From: Mobula hypostoma
Lineage: Eukaryota
Direction of reading: 5' to 3'
NCBI RefSeq assembly: GCF_963921235.1
Contig: NC_086098.1
Coordinates: 8,556,001 to 8,620,000, forward strand
Length of the DNA: 64,000 bases
The translations under genes and the position numbers were made by a program. Shown in pieces: positions 36,665 to 50,422 of this stretch; position 1 is the stretch's first letter, and the number at the start of each line of letters is the position of its first letter. Below the pieces are notes generated by a model that ran no database searches, was not told the origin of the DNA, and saw only the letters and a list, made by a program, of their open reading frames with translations.

Positions 36665-37152
36665 ATAGACCATAAGACCATAAGACATAGGAGCAGAATT
36701 AGGCCATTTGGCCCATTGAGTCTGCACCACCATTCTATCATGACTGATCCTTTCTTTTTCTCCTCCTCAACCCCAGTTCCCAGCCTTCTCCCCACAACTT
36801 TTGATGCCATGTCCAATCAAGAACCTATCAATCTCTGCCTTACATACACCCAACAACCTGGCCTCCACAGCTGCATGTGCCAACAAATTCCATAAATTCA
36901 CCACACCCCTGGCTAAAGAAATTTCTCTGCATCTCTGTTTTGAATGGATGTCTCTCTATTCTGAGAATGTGCCCTTTTGTCCTAGGCTCTCGCACCATGG
37001 GAAACATCCTTTCCCCATCTACGCTCTCTGGGCCCTTCAACATTTGAAAGGTTTCAATGAGATCCCCTCTCATCCTTCTAAATTCCAGCGAGTACAGACC
37101 CAGAGCCATCAAGCATTCCTCACATGATAACTCTTTCATTCCTGGAACCATC
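36665..37152 (-). mobile_element. CR1 3' fragment
   Basis: LGLYSLEFRRMRGDLIE; (ACCATAAG)n. Confidence 0.8.
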
Positions 37153-37189
37153 TAATTGCATTATTCTGGATTCAATTGTTATAAACTGC

Positions 37190-37990
37190 ATGAGAAGTAT
37201 GAAGTAGTTCATTTCAGTAGGTCAAATTTGAAGACAGAGTATAATATTAATGGTAAGGCTCTTGGTAGTGTGGAGAATCAGCGACATCTTGGAGTCCGTG
37301 TCCATAAGACACTCAAAGCTGCTGCACAGGTTGGCGTGTTGTTAAGCAGGCGTATGGTGTGATGGCCTTCATCAACCATGGAATTGAGTTCAAGAGCCAT
37401 GAGATAATGTTACAGATATATAAAACCTTACTTAGACTCTGCTTGGAGTACTGTGTTCAGTTCTGGTTGCCTCACTACAGGAAGGATGTGGAAACCATAG
37501 AAAGGGTGCAGAGGAGATTTACAAGGACATTGCCTGGATTGGGGAGCATGCCTTATGAGAACAGGTTATGTGAACTTGGCCTTTTCTCCTTGGAGAGACG
37601 GAGGATGAGAAGTGACCTGATAGAGGTGTATAAGATGACGAGAGGCGTTGATCATGTGGATAGCCAGTGGCTTTTTCCCAGGGCTGAAATGGCTAACATG
37701 AAGGGCATAGTCTCAAGGTGCTTATAACTAGGTAATGAGGGGATGTCAGGGGTAAGTTTTTCACAGAGAGAGTGATGGGTGCATGAAATGCATTGCCAGC
37801 GACGGTGGTAGAGGCAGGTACAATAGGGTCTTTTAAGAGACCCTTAGATAAGTACATGGAGCTTAGAAAAATAGACAGCTATGAGGTAGTGTAATTCTAG
37901 GCAATTTCCAGAGTAGGTTACATGGTTGGCACAATATTGTGGGGAGAAGGGCCTGTAATATGCTGTAGATTTCTATGTTCTATGTTTCTG
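37190..37990 (+). mobile_element. CR1 3' fragment
   Basis: LEYCVQFWLPHY, ERVQRRFTR; TTCTATGT tail. Confidence 0.85.
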
Positions 37991-40900
37991 TTTTCTAACT
38001 TGATCTTTTCTCCCAAAACTTTTCTCCCATCACAGCACAGGAACTCCAAGCAAATCATTATTTCAGTCTAAAGTATTCCCATCTGCCAGCACATGGTGTG
38101 CATCCCTCTATTCCCTGCCTATTCATATATCTGTCTAAACACCTTTTTAATGTCGTAGTCATATCTGCTTCCACCACCTCTCCTGGCAACACGGTCTGAA
38201 CACCGGCCACCTGTGAAAGAATCTCCATCAAACTTTCTTCATTTCACCTTAAACCTTTGCCCTCTAGTATTTAATGTTTATATAGAATATTTAATGTTTA
38301 TATATCCTGGGAACAAAAAATCCTGACTATATATTCCTTCCTATTTTTATATACCTCTGTCAGGTTGTCCCTCTGACGCTTGAGAAGACAATCCAAATTT
38401 ATTCAACCTCTCCTTATAGTTAACTCACTCCAATCCAGGCAATACCCTGGTAAAACTCTTCCACAGCATCTCCAAAACTTTAACATCCTTCCTACAGCAT
38501 GACAACCAGAATTGCACAGAACACTTGAAATGTTGACTGAAGAAAGGCTTATATGGCTGCACGGGTGGCAAAGGAGGTGTAAGGTGTTTCTTCCCTCCTC
38601 TAGCCTGGAGGTCACCCTTTGGCAAGGTGTAACGCTTATTTAGACCACCAATCAGGGTCATGTGAAGCCATGGGAGTAGGTGGTGGATGGTCCTATAAGC
38701 AGCTGGTGCATATCTCAAGTGTTGGTTATGCAACGACTGATGCCAGGCAGGCAACCTCTGAAGAGCATTGATAATGTCTGAGGTCACCAATCATGAGAAG
38801 ACACTGCCCAGAAGAAGGCAATGGCAAGCCAGTTCAGTAGAAAAAAATTAGAAACATAGAAACATAGAAAACCTACAGCACAATACAGGCCCTTCGGCCC
38901 AAAAAGTTGTGCCGAACATGTCCCTACCTTAGAAATTACTAGGCTTACTTATAGCCCTCAATTTTTCTAAGCTCCATGTACCTATCCAAAGGTCTCTTCA
39001 AAGACCCTATCATAACCGCCTTCACCACCGTTGCCGGCAGCCCATTCCACGCACTCACCACTCTCTGAGTAAAAAACTTACCCCTGGCATCCCCTCTGTA
39101 CCTACTCCACAGTACCTTAAACCTGTGTCCTCTTGTGGCAACCAGTTCAGCCCTGGGAAAAAACCTCTGACTATCCACACAATCAATGCCTCTCATCATC
39201 TTATACACCTCTATCAGGTCACCTCTCATCCTCCGTCGCACCAAGGAGAAAAGGCTGAGTTCACTCAACCTATTCTTATAAGGCATGCTCCCCAATCCAG
39301 GCAACATATTTGTAAATCTCCTCTGCACCCTTTCTATGGCCTCCACATCCTTCCTGTACTGAGGCAACCAGAACTGAGCACAGTACTCCAAGTGGGGTCT
39401 GACCAGGGTCCTATAGAGCTGCAACATTATCTCTTGGCTCCCAAGTTCAATTCCATGATTGATGAAGGCCAATACACAGTATGCCTTCTTAACCACAGAG
39501 TCAACCTGCGCAGCTGCTTTGAGCATCCTATGGACTCAGACCCCAAGATCCCTCTGATCCTCCACACTGCCAAGAGTCTTACCATTAATACTATATTCTG
39601 CCATCATATTTGACCTACCAAAATGAACCACCTCACGCTTATCTGGGTTGAACTCCATCTGCCACTTCTCAGCCCAGTTTTGCATCCTATCAATATCCCT
39701 CGGTAACCTCTGACAGCCCTCCACACTAACCACAACACCTCCAACCTTTGTATCATCAGCAAACTTACTAACCCATCCCTCCACTTCCTCATCCAGGTAA
39801 TTTATAAAAATCACGAGGAGTAACGGTCCCAGAACAGATCCCTGAGGCACTCCACTGGTGGCCGACCTCCATGCAGAATATGACCTGTCTACAACCACTC
39901 TTTGCCTTCTGTGGGCAAGCCAGTTCTGGATCCACAAAGCAATGTCCCCTTGGATCCCATGCCTCCTTACTTTCTCAATAAGCCTTGCATGGGGTATTTC
40001 ATCAAATGTCTTGCTGAAACCCATATACACTACATCTACTGCTCTTCCTTCATCAATGTGTTTAGTCACATCCTCAAAAAATTCAATCAGGCTCGGAAGG
40101 CACGACCTGCCCTTGACAAAGCCACGCTGACTATTCCTAATCATATTATACCTCTCCAAATGTTCATAAATCCTGCTTCTCAGGATCTTCTCCATCAACT
40201 TACCAACCACTGAGGTATGACTCACTGGTCTATAATTTCCTGAGCTATCTCTACTCCCTTTCTTGAATAAAGGAACAACATCCGCAAACCTCTAATCATC
40301 CGGAACCTCTCTCGTTCCCATTGATAATGCAAAGATCATCACCAGAGGCTCAGCAATCTCCTCCCTCGCCTCCTACAGTAGCCTGGGGTACATCTCATTG
40401 GGTCCCAGCGATTTATCCAACTTGATGCTTTCCAAAAGCTCCAGCACATCCTCTTTCTTAATATCTACATGCTCAAGCTTTTCAGTCTGCTGCAAGTCAT
40501 CACTACAATCACCAAGATCCTTTTCCATAGTGAATACTGAAGTAAAGTATTCATTAAGCACCTCTGCTATTTCCTCCGGTTCCATGCATGCTTTCCCACT
40601 GTCACACTTGATAGGTCCTATTCTTTCACGTCTTATCCTCTTTCTCTTCACATACTTATAGAATGCCTTAGGGTTTTCCTTAATCCTGTCTGCCAAGGCC
40701 TTCTCGAGGCCCCTTCTGGCTCTCCTAATTTCCTTCTTAAGCTCCTTCCTGTTAGCTTTATAATCTTCTTGGTCTCTAACATTACCTAGCTCTTTGAACC
40801 TTTTGTAAGCTTTTCTTTTCTGCTTGACCAGATTTATTACAGCATTTGTACACCACTGTACCTGTACCCTACCATAACTTCCCTGTCTCATTGGACCTAT

Positions 40901-42255
40901 GCAAAACTCCACACCTAACTATCCCCTGAACATTTGCCACATTTCTTCTGTACTTTTCCCTGAGAACATCTGTTTCCAGTTTAAGTTTCCAATTTCCTGC
41001 CTGATAGCCTCATAATTCCCTTTACTCCAATTAAATGCTTTTCTAACTTGTTTGTTCCTATCTCTCTCCAATGCTATTGTAAAGGAGATAGAATTATGAT
41101 CACTGTCTCCTAAGTGCTCTCCCACTGTGAGATCTGACACCTGACCAGATTCATTTCCCAATACCAAATCAAGTACAGCCTCTACTCTTGTAGGCTTATC
41201 TACATATGGTGTCAAGAAACCTTCCTGAACACACCTAACAAACTCCACCCCTCTAAACCCCTTGCTCTAGGGAGATGCCAACCGATATTTGGGAAATTAA
41301 AATCTCCCATCACGACAGCTCTGTTATTATTACACCTTTCCAGGATCTGTTTCCCAATCTGCTCCTCAATATCCCTGTTACTATTGGGCAGCCTCTAAAA
41401 AACACACAGTGGAGATATTGATCCAATCCTGTTCCTAACCTCCACCCATAAAGACTCCGTAGACAATCTCTCCACGGCGTCCACCTTTTCTGCAGCCGTG
41501 ACACTATCTCTGATCAACAGTTCCACACCCCCACCTCTTTTACTTCCCTCTCTGTCCTTTCTGAAACACCTAAAACCCAGCACTTGAAATAACCATTCCT
41601 GTCCCTGAGCCATCCAAGTCTCTGTAATGGCAACCACATCATATCTCCAAGTACTGATCCATGCTCGAAGCTCATCCACTTTGTTCAAAACTCTCCTTGC
41701 GTTAAAATAGACACAACTCATACCTTCGGTCTGAGCACACCCCTTCTCTATCACCTGCCTATCCTCCCTCTCGCACTGTCTACAAGATTTCTCTATTTGT
41801 GAGCCAATCTCCTCTTCCGCAGTCTCTTCAGTTCGGTTCCCATCCCCCAACAATTCTAGTTTAACCTCTCCCCAGTAGCCTTAGCAAACCTCCCCGCCTG
41901 GATATTGGTCCCCTTGGGATTCAAGTGCAATCCGTCCTTTTTGTACAGGTAACTCCTGCCCCAAAAGAGGTCCCAATGATCCAGAAATCTGAATCCCTGC
42001 CCCCGATCCAATCCCTCAGCCATGTATTTATCCTCCACCTCACTCTATTCCTATTCTCCCTGTCGCATGGCACAAGCAGTAATCACGAAATTACTACCTT
42101 TGCGGTCCTGCTTCTCAACTTCCTTCCTAACTCCCTGTACTCTTTTTTTCAGGACCTCTTTCCTTTTCCTACCTATGTCATTGGTACCAATAAGTACCAC
42201 GACCTCTGGCTGTTCTCCCTCCCACTGCAGGATATCTTGGACACGATCTGAAACA

Positions 42256-44900
42256 TCCCATTACAGCACATTACAGGCCTTCTGGCCCTTCTTAACTGTG
42301 CCGAACCATTTTTCTGCCTAGTCCCACTGACCTGCACCTGGACCATATCCCTCCATACACCTCTCATCTATGTACCTGTCCAAGTTTTTCTTAAATGTTA
42401 AAAGTGAACCTGCATTTACCACTTTATCTGGCAGCTCATTCCACACACCCACCACTCTCTGTGTGAAGAAGCCCCCCCCAATGTTCCCTTTAAACTTTTC
42501 CCTCTTCACCCTTAACCCATGTCCTCTGGTTTTTTCTCTCCCCTAGCCTCAGTGGAAAAAGCCTGCTTGCATTCACTCTATCTAAACCTGTCATAATTTT
42601 ATATACCTCTATCAAATCTCCCCTCATTCTTCTACGCTCCAGGGAATAAAATCCTAACCTATTCAACCTTTCTCTGTAACTCAGTTTCTCAAGTCCCGGC
42701 AACATCCTTCTAAACCTTCTCTGTAATATCCTTCCTGTAATTAGGTGATCAAAACTGCATACAGTACTCCAAATACGGCCTCACCAATATCTTATACACC
42801 TCACCATAACATTCCAACTCTTATACTCAATACATTGATTTATAAAGGCCAAACTACCAAAAGCTTTCTTTACGACCCTATCTACCTGTGACGACACGTT
42901 TAGGGAATTTTGTATCTGTATTCCCAGATCCCTCTGTTCTACTGCATTCCTCAGTGCCCTACCATTTACCTTGTATGTTCTACCTTGGTTTGTCCTTCCA
43001 AAGTGCAATACCTCACACTTGTCTGTAGTAAACTCCATCTGCCATTTTTCAGCCCATTTTTCCAGCTGGTCCAAATCCTTCTGCAAGCTTTGAAAACCTT
43101 CCTCACTGTCCACTACACCTCCAATCTTTGTATCATCAGCAAATTTGCTGATCCAATTTACCACATTATCATCCAGATCATTGATATAGATGACAAATAA
43201 CAATGGACTCAGCACTGATCCCTGTGGCACACCACTAGTCACAGGCCTCCACTCAGAGAAGCAATCCTCCACTACCACTCTCTGGCTTCTCCCATTGAGC
43301 CAATGTCTGATCCAGTTTACTACCTCTCCATGTATACCTAGCGACTGAATCTTCCTAACTAACCTCCCATGCGGGACCTTGTCAAAGGCCTTACTGAAGT
43401 CCATATAGACAACATCCACTACCTTCCCTTCATCCACTTTCCTGGTAACCTCCTCGAAAAACTCTAATAGATTTGTTAAACATGACCTACCACGCACAAA
43501 GCCATATTGACTCTCCCTAATAAGTCCCTGTCTATTCAAATACTTGTAGATCCTATCTCTTAGTACTCCTTCCAATAATTTACCTACTACCGATGTCAAA
43601 CTTACCAGCCTATAATTTCCCGTATTACTTTTTAAGCCTTTTTTAAACATAGAAACATAGAAACATAGAAAATAGGTGCAGGAGTAGGCCATTCGGCCCT
43701 TCGAGCCTGCACCGCCATTTATTATGATCATGGCTGATCATCCAACTCAGAACCCAGCCTTCCCTCCATACCCCCTGACCCCTGTAGCCACAAGGGCCAT
43801 ATCTAACTTCCTTTTAAACATAGCTAATGAACTGGCCTCAACAGTTTGCTGTGGCAGAGAATTCCACAGATTCACCACTCTCTGTGTGAAGAAGTTTTTC
43901 CTAATCTCGGTCCTAAAAGGCTTCCCCTCTATCCTCAAACTGTGACCCCTCGTTCTGGACCTCCCCAACATCGGGAACAATCTTCCCACATCTAGCCTGT
44001 CCAATCCCTTTAGGATCTTATACGTTTCAATCAGATCCCCCCTCAATCTTCTAAATTCCAACGAGTACAAGCCCAGTTCATCCAGTCTTTCTTCATATGA
44101 AAGACCTGCCATCCCAGGAATCAATCTGGTGAACCTTCTTTGTACTCCCTCTATGGCAAAGATGTCTTTCCTCAGATTAGGGGACCAAAACTGCACACAA
44201 TACTCCAGGTGTGGTCTCACCAAGGCCTTGTACAACTGCAGTAGTACCTCCCTGCTCCTGTACTCGAATCCTCTCGCTATAAATGACAGCATACCGTTCG
44301 CCTTTTTCATCGCCTGCTGTACCTGCATGCTCACTTTCAATGACTGGTGTATAATGACACCCAGGTCTCGTTGCACCTCCCCTTTTCCTAATCGGCCACC
44401 ATTCAGATAATAATCTGTTTTCCTATTTTTGCCACCAAAGTGGATAACTTCACATTCATCCACATTAAATTGCATCTGCCATGAGTTTGCCCACTCACCC
44501 AACCTATCCAAGTCACCCTGCATCCTCTTAGCATCCTCCTCACTGCTAACACTGCCACCCAGCTTCGTGTCATCCGCAAACTTGGAGATGCTGCATTTAA
44601 TTCTCTCATCCAAGTCATTAATATATATTGTAAACAACGGAACAACATGAGGTATCCTCCAATCCTCTGGCACCTCACCCGTGGATACCAACATCTTAAA
44701 TATATCTGCCAGGGCCCCTGCAATTTCAACACTTGTCTCCTTCAAGGTCCAAGGGAATACCCTGTCAGGTCCTGGGGATTTATATACTCTGATTTGCCTC
44801 AAGATTGCAAGCACCTCCTCCTCTTCAATTTGTATAGGTTCCATGACCTCACTACTTGTTTGCCTTATTTCTATTGACTCCATGCCAGTGTCCTTAGTAA
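42256..44900 (-). mobile_element. Second CR1, 5'-truncated, nested in ORF1 of the first
   Basis: Own 3' end at ~42256; RT 42781-43645 continues at 44637-44900. Confidence 0.85.
43646..44636 (-). mobile_element. Young CR1, 5'-truncated, nested in the second CR1
   Basis: (ACATAGAA)n tail; uninterrupted ORF2 C-terminus. Confidence 0.9.
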
Positions 44901-45599
44901 ACCATCCAAGTTTCTTTGCTGCATCCACAGAATCATCTGTCTGACCCCCTAACTATAGAGTCCCCTATCACTACTGCCTTCCTCTTCCTTTCCCTACCCT
45001 TCTGAGCCACAGGGCCAGACTCTGTGCCAGAGGCACGGCCACTGTTGCTTCCCCCAGGTAGGCTGTCATCCCCAACAGTACTCAAACAGGAGTACTTATT
45101 GTCAAGGGGTACAGCCACAGGGGTACTCTCTAGTACCTGACTCTTCCCCTTCCCCCTCCTGACTGTGACCCACTTGCCTGTCTCCCCTGGCCCCCATGTG
45201 ACCACCTGCCTATAACTCCTTTCTATCACCTCCTCACTCTCCCTGACCAGGCGAAGGTCATCGAGCTGCATCTCCAATTGCCAAGAACAATCATTGTCGT
45301 GGAAAGCCATGACCTCTCACGTCATACAACATTACACATAATGAACAAATGACATGGCTGTAATCTAACGTGCCAACTTTTATACTCAGTACAATTCTTT
45401 ACCACCGTATCTACTTGTTTTGCAAATTTCAGGCTCCTAGGGCTCCTGGCAGATAACGTGTACTTTCCTCTTGCATTTGGCCTCCAAAAATGCAACACTT
45501 GCCATTTGTCCACCCAAATTTCCAACAAAACCATATCTTGCTATATCATTTGTAACTATCTACAGCTTCCAAAGTCTGAGCTGTTGGAAGCCTTGGGCA

Positions 45600-45902
45600 A
45601 ATCTCACAAAATAGTGGAGGAACTCAGCAGGTCAGGCGGCATCTATGGAGGGATATGAACAGTTGGCATTTCAGCCTGAGACTCTTCACCAGGACTAAAA
45701 AGAAGAAGGCAGTAGCCAGAAAAAGAAGGAGGAAGGAGTGACTATTTAAATGTCATATGTTCATTCCCTCCATAGATGTTGCCTGATCTTAAAAACGCAT
45801 CTCGGCCCGAAACGTCAACTGTACCTCTTCCTAGAGATACTGCCTGTTCACCAGCAACTTTGATGTGTGTTGCCTGATCTGCTGAATTCTTCCAGCATTT
45901 TA
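45600..45902. mobile_element. Penelope-derived repeats in inverted arrangement
   Basis: Minus copy 45600-45735; plus pieces 45760-45902 including CTCGGCCCGAAACGTCAACTG. Confidence 0.6.
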
Positions 45903-46319
45903 TGGAAACAAGCCCATTAGCCACCACGTCCATCCTAATTATCAACAGCTCAACTACACTAATCCCACTTTTCATCATTATGCCTGTAATCTTCAATGTC
46001 TTGATGAAGTCAAGCACTCATATGATGTGAGAGTTTCCGCCTCCACCATAGCCTCAGAATGTTCCAGATTGAACTCATCTGCAGGGTTACTCTTCAGGGC
46101 CACCTATATTTTTAAACAAACCATTACTATACTTTACAAGCAACAGAGATCCCAGTTCTGATCCACTGGTCACAGTCTTTCAGTCAGAAAAAAAAAGCAT
46201 TTTATCTCAACTTTGTCTTGTATGAGCAATTCAATGTTGGATCCAAGTTATCAACTCCCTGTGCATCCGGTAAGACTTAAACTTCTGGATTAGCCTACCC
46301 CGAGAGGCATTATCAAATA

Positions 46320-46800
46320 AGACCATAAGACGGAGAAGCAGAATTAAGCTATGTGGCCCACGCATCTGCTCTGTCATTCCATCACGGCTGATATATTTTC
46401 CCTCACAACCCCATTCTCCTACCTTCTCCCCATAACTTTTGATTATCTTACTAATTGAGAAACTATCAGCTTTAAATATCCTAATAACTTGCCATCAACA
46501 ACCATCTAGGGCAATGAATTCCACAGTTTTACCACTATCTGACTAAAGAAATCCCACTTCATCTCTGTTCTAAAGGGATATCCTTGTATTCTGATGCTGT
46601 GTCCTCTGTTCTTAAACTCCCCTACTATAGAAAACATCCTCTCTGCATCCACTCCATTTAGGCCTTTCATTATTTTATAAGTTTCAATGAGATCCCCCCA
46701 CCCCCCCAAAGCCATCAATACTCCTCATACATTAACCTTTTTATTGCCGGGGTCATTCTTTTGAACCTCCTCTGGACTTGCTCCAATGCTGGCGCATCCT
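46320..46800 (-). mobile_element. CR1 3' fragment
   Basis: GDLIETYKIMKGL...KLWNSLP. Confidence 0.75.
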
Positions 46801-47029
46801 AAAGTCCATTTGGTGATATATAGTGCCACCACAAAAATAAATTCCTGAGACAGGATTTCCTCTGCACAAAGATATGTTCACTATCCCAAATAAATCAACA
46901 TTTTTCTAAATGCAAATAAATCCTGTCCTTAAGAATCTTCTCGAATAATTGTGGCACTGCAGCACAATTCCAACACTTCCAAGCTCAGGACCAAAACATC
47001 TGAATGACACTATTTTAACAAAACTACCA

Positions 47030-47435
47030 AATCCTGATGAAGGGTCTCAGCTTGAAATGTCAACTTCTGGTAAAAAAAATTCTTCCCCACCCCCGGCCTC
47101 TACTCCCCACTCGGACTTTTTATTTCTTCTTCCTAGGTCCCCTCCTCTTTCCCTTTCTCCTATGGTCTACTCTCCTCTCCTATTAGATTCTTTCTTCTCC
47201 AGCCCCTGACCTTCCTTACACACCTAGCCTCATCTATCACCTTCCAGCTGGTTTTCTTCCCTATCCCTCACCTTTTGACTCTAGCATCTTCCCCCTTCCT
47301 TCTCAGTCCTGATGAAGGATCTCAGCCCAAAGCGTCAACTGTTTATTCATTTTCATAGACACTGCTTGACCTGTTGAGTTCCTTCAGCATTTTGTGTTTG
47401 TTACTCCGTATTTCCAGCACCTGCAGAATCTCTTG
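47030..47435 (+). mobile_element. Penelope pseudo-LTR with two hammerhead-like motifs
   Basis: CCTGATGAAGGGTCTCAG at 47033 and CAGTCCTGATGAAGG at 47304, separated by a pyrimidine-rich tract. Confidence 0.7.
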
Positions 47436-48444
47436 TGATACCAAACCACTGGCTGTTTGCAAATGAAAAGGGATTCTGTTTTGATTGCGTAATGGTCATC
47501 AAAGTTGGCAATTCTGCTCCAATTACTAGACAAATGACCTCTGTCTTTAACATAATAAAAAGTAGATGTCTAAGCTTTTATTGAAAGCTATTAAGTCTGT
47601 AAGAAGCTTGTCTGAGAACTGAAAATAACTGTTCCAGCTATAACATGTTTATGCTGACAAATATGTTCAGATCCCAGAAAGAGCAAAATGATAGGGCAAG
47701 GACTCCAATGGTAGGCCCCAGGAAACTGTATTTGATTGGCATGCCCTTTGCCATTATCACGTGTACTATATGTTCTCTTTGTTTTGACAGGTAGCTGTAA
47801 TTCTGTTAGAAATATATTGATTCTGTAAAAAATCAATATTAGCCAAGCACAGCACTACCTTCCTAGTCTAGTTAATTTATAGCCTTTCGATGAACAGGTC
47901 TTCCCAGTATTCTCGGTAAAATATATGTTGTTACTTGTTTTAATGAAGTTTTTGGAACTGGGACATACTTTCTTTCCCTGAGTGTCAAGTCACATATGAC
48001 CTATTCTGATGTTTTTGTTGAACCTGACTAATATTCTCATATTACCACTGTCAAATAAATAGCTGTTTCCTTTTCTGATCCAATATTAGCATTATGCCAC
48101 AGTTAGTCACACACTGCCTAGAGCTGCAAGTGTCACAATATTAACCAATAAAACTAGCATTTCAGTTAACAAATTCCCCTATTAAATGGTAAACGATTTC
48201 TTCATCGTGAGTAATTTTTTATGGGTTCTTTGGAATCTATCTTGACAATATGTCATTGGGTAAAACAAATGATGGTGAGTCAGGAGCTGATGTTTTTCTA
48301 GCTTTATTTGTAGGTATGGTATTGACTTACGTACAAATGCTGAAGCTCTATTGTGGTCAACTGTAGATTTCAATGGACTGAAGGGTCTGGACTACATGTA
48401 TGTTTATTTTACGTGGTTGTATTTTACTGGTATTCTGTATGTGC

Positions 48445-48830
48445 TTGTTTCCTTGTACATGCAAAGACTATGCCTTGAGCCAGGGTGCTGCCTATGAGAG
48501 GCATCGAAACCAGCGTGCTCCGTGGGGCAGTGTGACGCAGCCTCCAGGCTGGAGTTGGTGCTGCCCCCTCATGGTCTCTTGGCAGAAGACAAGCTCTGTT
48601 GTGGTCGGCTGCAGATTGAGTTCCTGACTCTTTTATTGTGTGACTGTGATACCATATGTGCTTGCTATCTTGTACGTGCTGTGTGTGCTTTGTGCTGTGC
48701 ATGACTGTTGCTACTGTGTTTTACACCTTGACCCCAGAATAATGCTGTTTTGTTTGGCTGTATTCATGAGTATTCATGAATGGTTGAATGACAATTAAAT
48801 TTAAATTGAATTGAATTAATTTGAATTGAA
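48445..48830 (+). mobile_element. Short non-LTR repeat with (ATTGA)n tail
   Basis: Tail repeats; TG-rich 3' region. Confidence 0.45.
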
Positions 48831-49999
48831 ATACACCCAGAATAGCCTTTCCACTATCTTTCTCAATTCCTCTATTGTCTCTGTCATTAGTTTAACACAG
48901 ATAGTCCCTAATTCCCATCAAATTAATTTGACAGGAAAAATGAGTGCTGGCTGATCCTAAACTCATGTGAGAAGTCCATGGAACTGAATATACAGAACTA
49001 GGTACAACCAGTAGCCAATATTCTTGAAAGAGCAATAAATTTCTATGCCTCTGTCATAAACATCTCAATTGCATCAACCTTTCCGGTGCTGTGATAGTTT
49101 ACTTGATCAATGTTGTCAGATTTTCCCTTTAACCTTTTCTTTCTGCATGCTTGGTAGCCAGAAACATTAAATTCTTTTCTTTGAGTCAAAAGCCTCCAAT
49201 TGAGATATTTTTATTTATTTACTGTGTGTTATGCCACAGGCGTTGAGGGCAGCAATAAAGGTTCTCCATCTCTGTATGTCCGTACAGTCACACACAGATT
49301 ATGGAAGGATTCTTCACTGCTGTTTCCATAACAATTTTGTTTTACCAGTCCTCAGTTGTTAGCCCTGAGTTGTACCCCTGAACCTGGTGGACCAGTGGAC
49401 CACTCTTAGTCTGGCCTCTTCCCTTTGACCTGACTGGCATGACCCCACCAAGAGCCAAAGCACAAGGGCCTCACTCCAGCCGACATAGCTCTCCAGGCCA
49501 TTGACGTGCACAAGCTTCCAAACCATATGACAAGGTTGTGGTCCTCTTGGAGCAATTGAGATGTATCATGGAACAATATGATGAATTGTGCATGTAGTTC
49601 TTTTTTCACTGTTACCACACTACAAGCATTTATACTCCAATTCCATTTTGGACTACCTTATATTTCATCCTGTTTAACGAATTCTATTTCTGAATTATTC
49701 TGAATCTCAGTATAATTTATGCCCCTGATTTTGTTATTTCTATGTTTCAAGCCAGAAATATTTGATCTGTTTAAATTCCTAATAACTCTGTCCTCCCTAT
49801 TGCTGTATCCGATGGCAACTGACTCACCCACTTATCTGGATGAACAGAAGGTTCGACACAATCTATCATAATGTAATCCAATTGCTGACACTCCATCAAA
49901 CATCCTAAATGTTTATTCACTCCACTACCAGGGCACTTTGACTGCAGTGTGCATCATCTTCATAATGGCACCTCAGTTAGTCACCAAGCCATACTCAAT

Positions 50000-50245
50000 A
50001 GGGCACCATGGTAACCAGCAGTTAGCTCAGCGCTGTTACAGATTAGGGTGTCGGAGTTCAGAGCTCAGTTCTGACAGCATGCGTCCGTAAGAAGTTTCTA
50101 TGTCCTGTGTTTCCTCTGGGTGCTCCAGTATCCTTCCACAGTCCAAAGATGCACTGGTTAGTAAGTTAATGTCCTGTGATTTGGCTAGGTTTAAATAGGT
50201 GGGTTGCTGGGCAGTGTGGCTCGTTGGGCTGGAAGGGCCCATTTT
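50000..50245 (+). mobile_element. V-SINE inserted in an ancient LINE remnant (~49800-50700)
   Basis: TTTCCTCTGGGTGCTCCAG...CCACAGTCCAAAGA; GGGCTGGAAGGGCC tail. Confidence 0.7.
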
Positions 50246-50422
50246 CAGATGGACGGGCACACAGACAGACGGACAGAGAGACACGGACATACAGACAGAT
50301 GGACAGAGGGACACAGATGGATGGATGGACAGAGAGACACGACAGTTAGATGGACACGGACAGGTGGACGGAGACAGGGACACACAAACAGAGGAGAAAT
50401 GGACAGAGAAACAGAAACAGAC
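50246..50422 (+). repeat. Degenerate (GACA/GATG)n microsatellite
   Basis: Direct inspection. Confidence 0.85.

Larger units (their letters stand above)
38849..45275 (-). mobile_element. Long CR1 (ORF2 38945-~41750; ORF1 41856-42255 and 44900-45275), interrupted by 42256-44900
   Basis: EN (YFNAR, ITETW), RT (KFADDTK), SGNH-type ORF1 (VIGDSIVRG, KDGLHLN). Confidence 0.9.
38030..45545 (-). mobile_element. Old CR1 (38030-38559, 45354-45545) hosting an RTE-related short element (38560-38848, 45275-45353) and further nested CR1s
   Basis: ATGGCTG duplicated at 38553 and 45354; the short element resumes at 45275. Confidence 0.65.

Noticed and set aside
43747..44928. 393-aa ORF as an intact or novel RT gene
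   Set aside because: Chance in-frame junction of two nested CR1 copies at ~44636; the RT N-terminal motifs are missing.
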